A stretch of DNA of 64,000 nt from Eledone cirrhosa (taxonomy: Eukaryota). The notes under the pieces were generated by a model. The model saw only the letters and a list, made by a program, of their open reading frames with translations. It was not told the DNA's origin and did not search any database. Position 1 is the first letter of the stretch, and every line of letters starts with the position of its first letter. The position numbers were made by a program, and so were the translations under genes. The stretch is taken from assembly GCA_964016885.1 (NCBI GenBank), contig OZ024743.1, forward strand, positions 265,112,001 through 265,176,000. The letters are read 5' to 3'. Shown one piece after another: positions 42,613 to 56,336 of the stretch.

Positions 42613-44712
42613 ATGGATTTATACGAACTGGATTACTCTCTGAAGAACATTCCAACTCCCTCCAACCATGTTTACCAAAAGCTTCTCCCACAAAAAGCGG
42701 AAGATGTCGTCAGACGCTTAAGATGGCGAGCCCTAGCTTTCGATGGCAAAATTACAGGCACCAATAACACCTTCAACCTGAAATCGAGAGCCTACCGCCC
42801 TAAGGTAACTGAACTTGCTCCTTTCGAGACGGACTTTCTTGACTTAGTCGCTAACATTTCCTTTCGCAAACACCTTTCAAACTAAACTCAAAAATGATAT
42901 TAAGAAATTTAGGTCTTCTAATACCACCTTCGTTCTTTCCGACAAAACTAATAATATTTACGAAGTCGACAACACCACTTTCCGCCACCTGACCAATAAC
43001 GCTATTACTTCCAAATATAAGAAAGCTAACCCTATGGCCTACCACGACATTAATACAGAAGCCAAAGAACTTGCCGCCGCCCTTAAGGTAGATAAGAAGC
43101 TACAATCTCTAGCTAAGTGGGAGGCGTTCCTCACCCTGAAAGATCACAAGGTAGACTTTACCTCTAACCCCACATATAGACTAATAAACCCAGCACGAAC
43201 AGATATTGGACTAGTCAGTAAGGCCATACTTAGCAACATAGTTAAGACCATTAGGACCAGGTCCAACCTGCCACAGTGGAAGAACAGCGACTCCGTAATT
43301 AAGTGGTTTAACTCCTGAAAATCCCAAAAAGTGAAGTTCACACAGTTTGACATTGTCGATTTTTACCCGTCGATCTAAGAGACCCTGTTAAACAAAGCGT
43401 TCGATTTCGCTACCACTTACACCGCCGTCGATGGTTTAGACAGGGAAATCATCGCTCACTGCCGGAAAATGCTCCTCTTCAATGACGGAGTAGCCTTGGC
43501 AAAGAAGTCTACAACTTCAGACCTATTCAACGTCTCCATGGGATCGTTTGACAGTGCTGACCTATGCGACTTGGTTGGACTATTTATTTTAGACATATTA
43601 CGTGTTAGATTCCCGGACTTCCACACGGGAATATACCGCGACGATGGACTGACCTTATCGAGCCATAAAGTGGTCACGACCTCGACCGGTTTAAAAGAGA
43701 CTTTGTTTCTACCTTCAATGAGTTAGGACTAAGGATAACAGTAGCTACTAACTTCTCTAGCGTAGATTTCTTAGACATTAATTTAGACCTTCGCACACAC
43801 ACACACAGACCCGTCCATAAGCTAAACGAAAAACTCAAATACATTCACAAGGACTCATGTCACCATCCCACTGTTTTTAGAAACTTCGTAAATAATATCA
43901 GTACTAGATTCTCAAACCTCTCCTCTAATAAGTCTATCTTTGACAGGGCGGCACCCTACTATAACACGGCGTTAGCTAACAGCGGCTTTTCGCAACCTAT
44001 CACTTACTCTCCCACTATCAACAACAGCAATAAGAAAAGAAAGCGTAGCAATAGACAAACTATCTGGTTCTCTCCTCCCTTCTCACTCAACGTTATAACC
44101 AATGTAGGCAAAACATTTCTAGCCCTCTTAGATAGACACTTTCCCATAGGTCATAAATACCGCTCCATCTTTAACCGACGCAGAGTAAAACTAGGATACT
44201 CCTGCGCTAAGAACATGAGGGCCCACATCATCAGCAGCCCTAGGAGCACCACTCCACCAGGGTGCTCATGCCGTAAGCCCGAAGCTTGTCCCCTTCAACA
44301 GCAATGCAACATACCCACTTTAATTTATGAAGCTGTGGTCACTTCCAAACGGCCAAACCAACCGCAGGAGGTCAAATCCTATATGGGCATGGCGGAGAGC
44401 CGATTTAAGGAACGTTTTCTGAACCACCAGTCGACCTTTAAGTACCCGGACAGAGGTTCATCCACGAAACACGCGAGCCACGTATGGTCCCTCAATGACT
44501 CAAGTATAGACTACTCCATTCAATGGAAAGCCATCACTATGTCCAAGTCATACGCAAGGGCAAATCCGTCGTGTGGAATATGTATTGATGAACAAATAAA
44601 TATTCTAAAGAGATTATGCAATAGTGATTGCCTAAACACGAGTAATGAATTCTTCACACGTTGTCCACGCGTCTCAAAACACCTCTTGCATAACTACAAA
44701 GCTTCGGATTGA
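42613..44712 (+). pseudogene. PLE ORF (~700 codons; RT + GIY-YIG) with a few stops/frameshifts
   Basis: YSLKNIP, RLINPA, FDIVDFYPSI, MGSFDSADLCDLVGLFIL, GIYRDDGL, IYEA..YMGMAE.RFKERFLNH, CGICIDE. Confidence 0.92.
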
Positions 44713-44954
44713 ATCATTACAACAACATTATCATTTTCTTATCAACTAAAAACTTTTCGGACTTTCGCAGTTATCTCCCTTATACCTCTCGCACGCACTT
44801 TAGTATTTCCTGTGTGAAGTGACCGGTTTCTGCGCATGCGCGTTCGTACGGTTGTCCTTCCTGTTCCGTATAACCATGTCCATTACGAGCTAAAGATCCT
44901 CTACTATTAAACAATTATTCTCGGTATGGTGAACTTACTGTTGTGTAACCACTT

Positions 44955-45034
<80 letters not shown>

Positions 45035-45599
45035 TCACATTCATTTCTATGCCTTCATATTATTACTTTATTTTAACGTCTAGCCTGTGTAGATACACCA
45101 ACCCTTCTGTACCCTCTCATTCCTTCCATCCCTGTTTCTCCCTCATCCATTCTGTCAGCCCAGTGCATCATTCTTTCGTCAGCTTTTCACAAAGATACAC
45201 TTGACCATCTGCTACAACCTGTGGCTGAAAGAACTGACCAGCCTCAGCTACTGACCTAATTGCACATATTACTCCAAATCATTTCGTGCATACAATTGAG
45301 GAAAGCTACTTTATACTGCAGGGGACTATGAAGAAGGTTTGCTCCATACGAGTCGAAACTGCTAGGCATGGCGGTCTGGACTTTACATTCCTTTATACTC
45401 ACTCAGCTCTTCCCCGTGCATAGAGCTCTACCCTGAATAGCGGACTGTCCCGTCTTGGAAACGCAGACTTGCCGCAATGGAACTCATGTGTCTACAACCA
45501 TAAGTCAAACACTTTAAGCTTTAAGCTATGCATCCCTCCCTCTCTCTCTCTCTGTATATATAGTTCAAAGAGGGCCAGTCTATAAGATCAAAAATTACC

Positions 45600-46050
45600 G
45601 CAAAGAATAAACCCGCTGTAAATCCAAGATTCTTTTGTAAGAGCAAAGAGAACTGCTCTCTCCAAAAGAAAGGCCATATCAAATCTATTGTGTATGAGGC
45701 AGAGTTTACACACACCACCCCATATAATTCTGAACGTAGCGAAAATTGGTTGGTATGGTGCAAGATTGATTTAAACAATGATTTTATTCTCATCTGCATT
45801 CCATCAGGAACCCTGATATGAGAACCAACACAGTCCTGGCATAAAGAATTCGGCAATTAAAAAGAAATGTATCCGACATAAGTTTATTTGAAATGCGCAA
45901 ACGTTACACCAATGATACCAAGAGATGATGTCTCTACTTGAGCGAACAATTTAAGATATTATAGTGTTTGTCGTCAGCGAATAATAATTATCTGAACTCT
46001 AATAACGAAATCTTTCGAGGATGTCTACAGCTCAGATAAGTGGAATCACT
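45600..46050 (+). pseudogene. Old Naiad-like GIY-YIG remnant
   Basis: CKSKENCSL..IKSIVYEA, FKQ*FYSH, KR*CLYLSE, LNSNNEIFRGC. Confidence 0.6.
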
Positions 46051-46289
46051 CAATGAGTTCAACGGAGCTACAACCAACTTGTTATTGATTTCTATACTTT
46101 CTTAATAACTTTTCTTTTTCTGCACTTACATAATACGTTAGACCTTCTATGCTACTCCGCTTCATAACCCAGTGAGAGTGTGTGTCCATAAAACATATAC
46201 ATATACACCTCCTAGTTCGAACACAAAGGAACCAAACTCTCACTGTCATCGCCTGTATTTTTCCTGCTCTCCCCATCTCTCACTGTTAT

Positions 46290-46525
46290 GAGCAAATGAG
46301 GGTCCACGAACTGGCCGCCATGCGGTTCCAGCGGAGAGAATAGAGAAGCGTTTCCTCGGAGGATGATGAGAGAGGCGCGCTGGAAAAGCCATTCCAGCTC
46401 GCGAGGTTCACACCTGCAGGTAGCCAGCTCTATGCCAATGGTGGTGAGTAGTGCTGTGGCTGGCCCTCAAAAATCTCCATTTCTACGGGCACGACCGCAA
46501 ACCTGCCGGAGAGCGACAGAAAACT
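46290..46525 (-). mobile_element. CRE-clade LINE 3' fragment
   Basis: FAVVPVE / GPATALLTTIG..EPRELEWLFQRASLIILRGNA. Confidence 0.75.
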
Positions 46526-46908
46526 TAAATAAATATAAGCATTTCTATTTTACTTACTACCATATGAGAACTTACATTCGCAATAATGAGTACACACAAC
46601 CACTGAACACTAACATGCCCATTTCAATTTTACAATTTGAGTTATTTTCCTTCGTTATACTACTGAGTGAGTAAGTGAGAGCAACCGAGCTATAGAAAAT
46701 GTTTTTCCTATCATCTCGGTAACTAAACTATGTTAATAATATATAAATAAGTTTTCATAAAGATCCGTTTAACACGCTACATTTTTTTAGCCGTATCTTC
46801 AAACTCACCTGATGATTAGGTCACACATTTGATCTTTCGTACAATCTGGGGAGATAGTCACAGGTGGACATTGAAACCATGTGTAGCGCTTTTGTCCGTG
46901 TAAATAAA

Positions 46909-46977
<69 letters not shown>

Positions 46978-47162
46978 CATTTATTTACACATACACACGC
47001 ACGCACACGCACACACACACATACACACAAACACACATGTATATATACATACTCACAAGTAAACACACTAAAACCATATAATATGTGGCACTAGCAAACA
47101 CTTTCTTATCAGGAAGGAAGTTCGACATAAATAGATTTACATAAATTCTAGTTACCGCTTCA

Positions 47163-47176
47163 CGCTGCTACTACTG

Positions 47177-47214
<38 letters not shown>

Positions 47215-47233
47215 GCTACTGCTGCTGCTGCTG

Positions 47234-47310
<77 letters not shown>

Positions 47311-47348
47311 GCTACTGCTGCTGCTGCTGCTGCTGCTACTACTACTAC

Positions 47349-47389
<41 letters not shown>

Positions 47390-47390
47390 A
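47163..47390. repeat. (CTA)n/(CTG)n trinucleotide repeat
   Basis: Read directly from the sequence. Confidence 0.95.
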
Positions 47391-48248
47391 GATCATGATA
47401 ACTAGCACTCTTATTCCTGCAACTTTTGATACTGCTTCCGTTATGTCACTCCTCTCTTCATCTCTCTTTCTTTTCTCATCACCCTTTCCCCTCATCCCTC
47501 GTGTTCTTTCGTCGTTTCTCTCGGTATGTCGCTATCTTTTACTCACTATCTTTTATGTTTTTTATTTTGTTCTTGATATTTTTCCCTTATGTCCAACTAT
47601 ACTAGATTTCATATTCAGATTAATTCTATTAAAACAAATGTGACGTTATTGCTGGTGATGTTTCTGATGTGGGTTTAAGGCCAATCTTTTATAATTTCCA
47701 CCACTTACCCTAATACCACATTCACACACAGACATATATATGCATACATCATCACACACATACACATGTATGTATATGTATATATACATATATATACGCA
47801 CACGCACATACTCACTCACACACACACACTCACTCACACGCATATATGTATATACATATATTTATGACATTTACAACTATGGCCTAACACATAAATATGT
47901 CAAGAGATATCTTTATGGGAGTTAAACAACGTTGCCTATCGTATGTGTTATCAATTACACCAAAGAGGTTCTGCCAATTATATCTATCAAAATTAACACT
48001 AATAAATATTTTACTGTATAAGTTAACATTCCTGCCTCCCCTCATACAACAGGAGTGTCTTAGAATAACTTCGTAACAAATCCACTACTATCAGGACAGC
48101 CAATATACTATTGCCTAACACAGTTCAGTACTAAACTGCGCATAAAGAGTAACCAGCTATAATAGAAAAGTTGTATGTATGTATGTATGTATGTATGTAT
48201 GTATGTATGTATGTATGTATGTATGTATGTATGTATGTATGTATGTAT

Positions 48249-48857
48249 GTCAGGTCACCAGTAGGTGCTACTGGTAACATGTATCTCAGTACAACCTGTC
48301 TCATGGTCGGGTCGTTGGCGACTAAACTGGCAACCCCACCAAGGTTTCTTGGTGAGGAGGGTGACTTGGGACATCCTGCAGGACTAAAAACAAAACCTGT
48401 CAAAGAGCAAAGGAACTCTTAAGAGTCAATGGCCATCCAAAATCACCGGGAGAGATGACCCCTTAGCCTTTGTCAAGGCAGAATTCTAGGAGAAGAAAAA
48501 CTCTGATATAACACCTGCAACCCTGATGGTATTCAATGATGTTGACTTGTTCTTCTTTTTGGTAAATATCATCTTGGTTAAGAGATTGGGACTGGCTTTG
48601 TGCAGTGCCTTTGCTCACTATAAAAGCTTCACGGCACAGGCATTGCTTTATATCTGGAGATCTCTCTGCACTTGTCGTTACATGGTACCATGGGCCCAGC
48701 AGTATGTGTCAATAATTGTCACAAGTGTAGTGTTTGTACCAGAGTTTTCAAGTCACTGGCTGGACTAAAAAGTCACACTCATTCAGCGCATCGGTAGGGG
48801 TTCTCCTACATGGATATAAAGTAGTGGCCGTACTCGAAAACGAGTTGGCAGCCACCA
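48249..48857 (+). mobile_element. Short non-autonomous RTE-related retroposon inside (TATG)n
   Basis: RTE 5'UTR-like TCTAGGAGAAGAAAAACTCTG, 3' end CGAGTTGGCAGCCACC, and (ATGT)n on both sides. Confidence 0.45.
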
Positions 48858-48899
48858 TGTATGTATGTATGTATGTATGTATGTATGTATGTATGTGTG

Positions 48900-48932
<33 letters not shown>

Positions 48933-49367
48933 TTGCATGTATGCATGTATGCATGTCGGGTCACTCTTGAGTGATGAAAATCGCAAACTTGACAGATGAA
49001 AATCGCAAACTTGACTGTCACCGCTGAATATGAATCTGAAGATTGCGAAAGCATGAAAGTACTTGTTCAATTAACATTTAATATTTAATATTCTACCATA
49101 ATATTTCATTATAATATCCTTATCATTTTAAAGGACTGTAAATAAAACGAGTAAATCAGACAAAGTTGGAATTCCTTTTATTAATATAATCTTCTATACA
49201 CAATCATACTCACCCGAGTATATTTATTTATATATATATATAATTAGAATTATATTTCTCGCCCTAGCGCAGCTATGTAAATGTATGCACACGTACATAC
49301 AGACACACACACACACATACACGCACACACACATCCACACACACACACATCCACACACACACACATC

Positions 49368-49446
<79 letters not shown>

Positions 49447-49623
49447 ATATAGAAATACATATACATATGTACGTATGGATTATATCGAACACAAATAATA
49501 ATGTTCGATTCGTTTGTAAACATACAGCCTGATTTGAAGCTGTGCCGTGCCCGCGACCGATCGTGACTTGTTTGTTCAACACTGGCTTTGAGGAACAATC
49601 AACATGTTTCTTGCTCATTACCC

Positions 49624-49663
<40 letters not shown>

Positions 49664-49666
<3 letters not shown>

Positions 49667-50360
49667 AAGGTATATATTGAGTTAGAAACCCAAAATAGTC
49701 TCTTAAAATAAATTAGCTCTAGGAAAGAGATTTTTCCAAGCCGTATATTATAACTGAATATGAAAGAAAAACGAACACAGACATATACATATATGTGTTC
49801 AAATCGTAAGGGACCAGATTCCCTAAGGTAAAAAGAAACTAACTATAGACAATAGGGTTTGCCTGACTCAATTTAAGAATAAATCAAGAAAATAAATACA
49901 AACCGGAATTGTGGTAACTACCAATCACCCAGACAGCTTTGGTAATGCTGTTTCGCAAAATTGATTGTGAAGGGGGAAACCAATTCTTGCTCATCAGTGG
50001 GTGAAGAATTAGTATCCTGGACACTTCTAAATATATTAAGAAACTGAATAGTGTGCGTATATATAATAACTCACATGGTATCTGAACCTAGCGTATCTCA
50101 CAAATTCACACCACTAAAAATAGCAGCCAGGTTTACTCGACATTTGAATTAGCTCAACAAATTAACGGAGCCGAATATATCAGAGGTATATATTAAGTTA
50201 GAAACTCAGTTTGTATTTATTTTCTTGATTTATTCTTAAATTGAGTCAGGCAAACCCTATTGTCTATAGTTAGTATTCTTTTCACCTTAGCGAATCTGGT
50301 CCCTTACGATTGGAACACATATATGTATATATCTGTGTTCGTCTTTCTTTTATATTCAAT
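49664..50360 (-). mobile_element. Non-coding 516-bp HHR monomer with terminal redundancy and 5' inversion
   Basis: TCA(A/G)AGGTATATATT(G/A)AGTTAGAAAC at 49664 and 50180. 50210-50360 is an inverted copy of ~49750-49902. Confidence 0.8.
49926..50003 (-). ncRNA. Canonical intact type I hammerhead ribozyme
   Basis: caccca CTGATGA gcaagaattggtt-tcccccttcac-aatcaattttgc GAAA cagc-attaccaaa-gctg TC tgggtg. All core nucleotides and three stems are present. Confidence 0.93.
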
Positions 50361-50760
<400 letters not shown>

Positions 50761-52064
50761 AAGAGCTATAATGACCAGGTGCCTCAGCTTGACTGGAAAC
50801 AAATTTAGAACTTCTCATAGTTATCTGCGATATCCAAGAAACGCACGTGATCCATGAATCTACGGCCAACTCCATTTACCAGAACGTTACGTTGCAAGAC
50901 ATAAAAGTTTCTATAGTGTTCTACAGCGACGATTAAACATTTGTTTAATTGGCATTGCATAGAACATAATGAGTAAAACTGCCAAAATTATTTCACTATA
51001 CTAACCCACAAGAAACTTTATTTTTTTTTGTGTTATACAAACTCCGAAATCAACCACATGCTGAAAAAGCAGAAACCAGCCCCTCCAAACTTAAAGATAT
51101 TGAAACCCTATCCCTCTTAACGAAATGATAAATGCAATCCGAGAACTGTATCGATTCTGCAGATTCTGTAATTAAATAACCATTTAAAACTGAGCAGAAA
51201 GTCACACAAAACTATCCGAAACCACTTGCAATTTATACACACCATAGAAAAAGCGTTCATGTTAAATACAAGTATATTTAGTGCATAAATATATACATAT
51301 ATACGTAAAGTAATAATATATATATTTGTGTGTGCGTGTGTGTGTGTGCGTGTGTGTTTGAGTGTGTGTGTGTATGTATATGTGTATGTGTGTATAATAA
51401 TACATAAATTATTCTGTTTAACGAATACTCGCCTCCAAGAAACTGGAACGCGTTATTACAAGATAGTATAAATAGAAAGTGTACATCTTCTTTATAACAA
51501 GATGGTGTAGGCACTCTTTCTGAGAAAAAAAAAATTTCAAATTGGAAAAATGACAAATTACTAGAAACCGAACATTTAAATGTAATAATACATACACATT
51601 CAGTTTCACAAAGCACACACACGCGCGCGCATTGATATAAGCCATGATACTAGAGGAAGATCCCTTATCAAAAAAAAAGGAACCACAAAGCTATTTCTTA
51701 CCGTCCGATTGGGCTGACAGTTATTGGAAATATTTTCTCTTAAATATATGCAGCAATTCAGTATTTCCCATCTACGTACCCACTGAAACAACTGATAACT
51801 AAATTGAGATCATATAGTCTACTGTCTAACTATCGGTTATCATATTTAGATTTTTACGACAAAATTATTAACTAGTTTTTAGATTTATAGAATATGTTAA
51901 GATTTTCACTATCACGATCAAAGACATAATAAAAACATATGGTAGATCCTACCATAGCAGTAAATCACGTAAACGTTATAGTAAATTTCATGTAGATTTT
52001 CCCTTTCTTATACCAATCTTGTAAATGGTACGTAGACAGATTTAGATAATTTATCTTTTACATA

Positions 52065-52215
52065 GGCGGCGAATTGGCAGAGTCGTTAGAATGTCGGATA
52101 TAATGCTTTATGGTATTCGTTTACTGCTCTCTGAGTTCAAATCCTGCAGAGGGCAATTTTGCCTTTCCTCCTATCAGGGTCGATAAAAAATGTATCAGTC
52201 TAGTAATGAGATCGA
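52065..52215 (+). mobile_element. Older SINE copy
   Basis: GGCGGCGAATTGGCAG, GAGTTCAAAT and GCCTTTC core. Confidence 0.75.
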
Positions 52216-53269
52216 TTCTTCCTCTATAAGTTTTTCTCATTTCATCTATCCTATATTATCTCTTTGTCTGGAAAAAAACCTGCTGTACTCAGGCCTGGAG
52301 TTACTGACGATATATTTAGATACATCTTTTATATAATATCTAAGTGGAATAGTTAAAGAGTGTTTTGTCACTGATAAATCACGAGTGTAGAGATTAAAAC
52401 GGCCGCAACAGATCCCGCTTTTCAGCCGTGATTATATTGCATAAATACAAGTTGTCTACACACAATTTTAGAGAAAAATCTATGATGTTTTCTACACGAT
52501 ATCATGATACACGATACCTAGTATCATAACAAATACTGAGGATACCCCAATACCTTTAACTCCGTATCTACTTGAGACCATGGAACACGACAGAGAAATG
52601 GCAAGGTTTTATTTGTTTAAATAACAGTAGTTACCTATACTTTGAAGATAATCCTTTTCAAACGACTGATGTTGTCCACTAAAAGGCCAGTACGAACTTG
52701 TGACCAGTGATGCCGCAGGCGAACTCAGAGCGGAAAAGCCCAAAAGGGATACCCCAACGAATCTCAGTTTCTGGTATTCTAGCCATCAATCATAAAAAAC
52801 TGAAAGACAAATCAATTTCTATGTGATTGAACACGAAGAAAAGAAACTTGGAACACAATTTGAGTCATTTATGCCGATGTTCTAACCACTCTGGTAAATT
52901 CTGACCTTTAATGCTGAAATACACACACACACACGAACTCACACACACACGAACACACACACACACGCGCACACACGCGCGCACACACACGCACACACAC
53001 GCACACGCACGCACACACACACACACACGCACACACACACACATACACATATATATATATGTATATATATATACACAGTTCAAGAGTAACCAATCTTAAA
53101 GATGGAGATAGGAGAGAAGAGAGGAGAGGAGAGATTGGTGAATTAGTTAGAAGCCAAAGCGTTAATTATTTTCAACTGAACCAGATCAATAATGATATAT
53201 AATCATTTGATCAAGAAATATTATATGGAATAGCGAAACAATTGTAAACGGACATTATTATTATTATTA

Positions 53270-53385
53270 CGATCTGAGTTCAAATCCCGCCAAGGTTGAC
53301 TTTGCCTTTCATCCTTACGGGGTCGATAAAATAAAGTACCAGTAATGCACTGGATAATTGCTGGCCTAAAGTAGAAACAATTATT
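53270..53385 (+). mobile_element. 5'-truncated SINE
   Basis: B-box and core present. Confidence 0.85.
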
Positions 53386-53503
53386 ATTAATATTATTTTT
53401 TTTATTATGCTCTATATTCCTTAAATCAAACTAAAATATGTTGACAATCTTTTAATAACGTCTTCCTTGTGAAATTTGTGGTCTTGTTTTGCTTAACTAA
53501 TGA

Positions 53504-53540
<37 letters not shown>

Positions 53541-53739
53541 GTATATCATTTCACATACAAAATTCAGATCCTTATAGGTATATAGCTATGTCGGAGCGAA
53601 ACGTTCAATTCTACTTTCAAGATGAACCGGCTTGACAGCGCCATATGCAAATGAGGCTAGTCATCCCATCTACATAGGTGAGAAAACTACATTTTTTCGC
53701 CTGTTTCAAATTCCAACAGAGAGCAGGGTAGGGGAAGCA

Positions 53740-53777
53740 CTGGCCTGATGAAGCGAGAGTTAGAGACGCGTTGTCAG
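53740..53777 (+). ncRNA. Degenerate minimal hammerhead
   Basis: ctggc CTGATGA agc-gaga-gtt a GAGA cgcg TT gtcag. GAAA is changed to GAGA; stem III is the palindrome ACGCGT. Confidence 0.55.
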
Positions 53778-54074
53778 GGTCTCCCGATATATATATATAT
53801 ATATATATACAAAATTAAGATAAATTAAATGAATTTAATCTAAATCAAAATTATGGGTGTCATGCCAGAAAGACATGCCCCATATCAGCCGGAAAATAAG
53901 CTCTAGAATTCTAACGAGTACGTCCGAGCATTTTATAATAACTAGAAATTGATTAACATATATATAAACATGAATAATCACAGGAGATAATTTTTACAAG
54001 TGTGTAACCACACATAGCTAGGTAGGTAACTAAATAAACTATATATATATATATATCAATCAAACATTTGGTTG

Positions 54075-54256
54075 TCAGTATCTGTAGAGGGTCGGACATC
54101 ATGCTTCTTTGACGCATGGAGTTACGGCCCTTTCCATTCTGAGTTCAAATCCCGCCGAGGTCAACTTTGCCTTTCACCCTTACGGCGTCGATAAAATAAA
54201 GTACCTGTAATGTACTGGGTAATTGCTGGCTTTGTGCCAAATGTAGAAACAATTAT
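54075..54256 (+). mobile_element. SINE copy
   Basis: Homology to the SINE at 1578. Confidence 0.85.
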
Positions 54257-54709
54257 TAATATTCGAAAAACTCAGATTACATGTATTCAGCCATGTAGAG
54301 CGCAATTTTTTTTTTTTTTTTTTAATGTGGCAAAGCCGGCCATTTATCGCTCGTATACAGGAAACTGACTGGCCAGTCTGCTGATATGCAAATCTGCCTG
54401 ATCAGTGGATCTGCTAATATGCAGATATGATCAGCCAGTCTGCTAATATGCAAATCAGGCCGATCAGTCACTATATATTTTAGAAAATATGATATATTTT
54501 CACTAGCTCCGACAGTTGGCAGGTAAACAGTGAACTCTACTGATGACGGGTAATACCCAGAAACATTAGTGTCTGCAGTTCTGCTTACATGCCAACACAA
54601 GGGCAATAATGATGGGCTGTTTCACTGACATGGCTTTAAAAATGAAGCTTGTTTGCATAATTGCAAACGAATCGAATATTTTTTATTAATATTCGAAAAA
54701 CTCAGATTA
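54253..54709 (+). mobile_element. Non-coding 430-bp HHR monomer with 27-bp terminal direct repeat
   Basis: TTATTAATATTCGAAAAACTCAGATTA at 54253 and 54683. Confidence 0.7.
54532..54581 (+). ncRNA. Type I hammerhead
   Basis: gaactcta CTGATGA c gggt-aat-accc a GAAA cattagtg TC tgcagttc. Confidence 0.8.
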
Positions 54710-55479
54710 GATATATATATATATATATACTTAGTTCAATAGAATCGATAATGTCAATGGACAATTTGAAGAATATTTCCAAAGGTCGCTTACATGGAAA
54801 GACATGTGGCTAAGGCCAGCCTTAGGGCAAAGCGGACGTCTCTAGCTATTCTCCGAACAAGGATAAAGACAAACAATAGACTACGTGCTATGTTCATGTA
54901 AAGTGGCCCTTGTAAATTGTAAATTGCAGATACAAGTGAACATACAACAAAGAGCCGAGTGCTATAAGAGTTAACTCGGTCAATATGGAACAAGATGAAG
55001 CCCGAAACTGTTGATACATCCAAAACAATTATAACAAAAAGTAACGGGGAGAAGTGGGGTTGATCCAAAAGATTCCAAGACGTGAATGTTGTATATTTTC
55101 TCGAATTCTTTGAATGACGAAAGTTGTTTTCGGTGAGATTTGAACTTGGATATAAATAGATCCACAAGATTGGACTAGCAAGGTGCCCTCCTCGCAGAGA
55201 AAATCTCAAATCATATATACAGTAATGGGAAATTATATTGTCCTTGGTTCAACGTCTGAAAATAAAAGTGATTGAACTTATATTCTCCAGAATACGAGTG
55301 CAATATGCATTTCTAATAAGGCTACAAAGCTACACATTTTTGTGGGATGTTTAGACATTAATTTATCGACTATGTAATGATAAAGGGTGATTACAATACC
55401 GACATAAATGAACAAATGTAAAAGCCACCGGATGTTCATTACTAATAACCGCGTTAATAATAATAATGATTTTTTATTT

Positions 55480-55680
55480 AGGCACAATCCCGAACAACTT
55501 TATGGGAAGTGAAAGTTGGTTAAATCGACACAGTGCATTACTGGTGCTTTATATTTTCGACCCAGTAAGGATGAAAGACAAAGCTTACCTTGGCGGTTTG
55601 AACTCATAATTTAAAGAGGCGTAACTCTTTGCTGCAAAGCATGGTGTCCGACGCTCTAACCATTCTGCCGATCCACCACC
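55480..55680 (-). mobile_element. SINE copy
   Basis: Reverse complement of the SINE. Confidence 0.8.
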
Positions 55681-56305
55681 CTCAATAATAATAATAATAA
55701 CAATAATAATAATAATTTAGATAAGTTTTAGCTTTGGCGCACAACCAGAGAAATGAAGGACGTAATAGTATCAATAAAATCAATACAGTAATGATAAATT
55801 TATACAATGAATATTTATGTGTATATGAATGAATGACAATACATACATATATATGATAAAACATAAATGGAGGGGAAAGCAAGATATTTAAAAACACATT
55901 TTAATTCTTACACGGTGTCTCGTCTTCAAGTACATTTACAATACAGTAGGTAGACATATATATGTGTATATATTCTACAGTAGAGCTGCACTTATAAGAC
56001 GCATCACAGAAAAGTTATTGTCCTTAAAGGTGTCACTGAAGGGAAAGTCCAAATCCGTACAACAGCAAAGTAAATCATGAAACATTTATTCTTTAAGAAG
56101 AATGTTTGGAGGTATAAGAATACATATGTGTGTGTTTCTGCTCGGAGTAAGAGGGAGAGACCGAGAGATACATACATAGATAAGTTGATAGAGATAGATA
56201 TATATGATATTACGCTGCATCACATATCTGACGATATATTAATCGTAATTTATGTCTATTCGTCTTAACATTAAGAAATCACAAAGGTGTCTTATATCAC
56301 ACTGT

Positions 56306-56336
<31 letters not shown>

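Larger units (their letters stand above)
41570..44957 (+). mobile_element. Full-length Naiad-like PLE: inverted pLTR + partial tandem 3' copy + ORF + pLTR
   Basis: 41570-41995 is inverted. 41996-42400 directly repeats 44413-44955 with a deletion. Bounded by (TA)n. Confidence 0.9.

Noticed and set aside
45323-45382. HHR-like ATGAAGA..GAAA ctgcta-ggca-tggcgg TC
   Set aside because: C3 is mutated, stem II is mostly G-U and no stem I pairs. At most a fossil.
45926-45928. TGA at the first Cys of the CxLC motif in the Naiad-like remnant (some Naiads encode Sec)
   Set aside because: The copy has many other stops and frameshifts, so this cannot be distinguished from decay without a family consensus.
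46363-46674. GC-rich ORF that looks like a host exon
   Set aside because: The opposite strand encodes a CRE LINE C-terminus.
46810-46890. CTGATGA...GAAACCATG
   Set aside because: No valid UH site or stem I.
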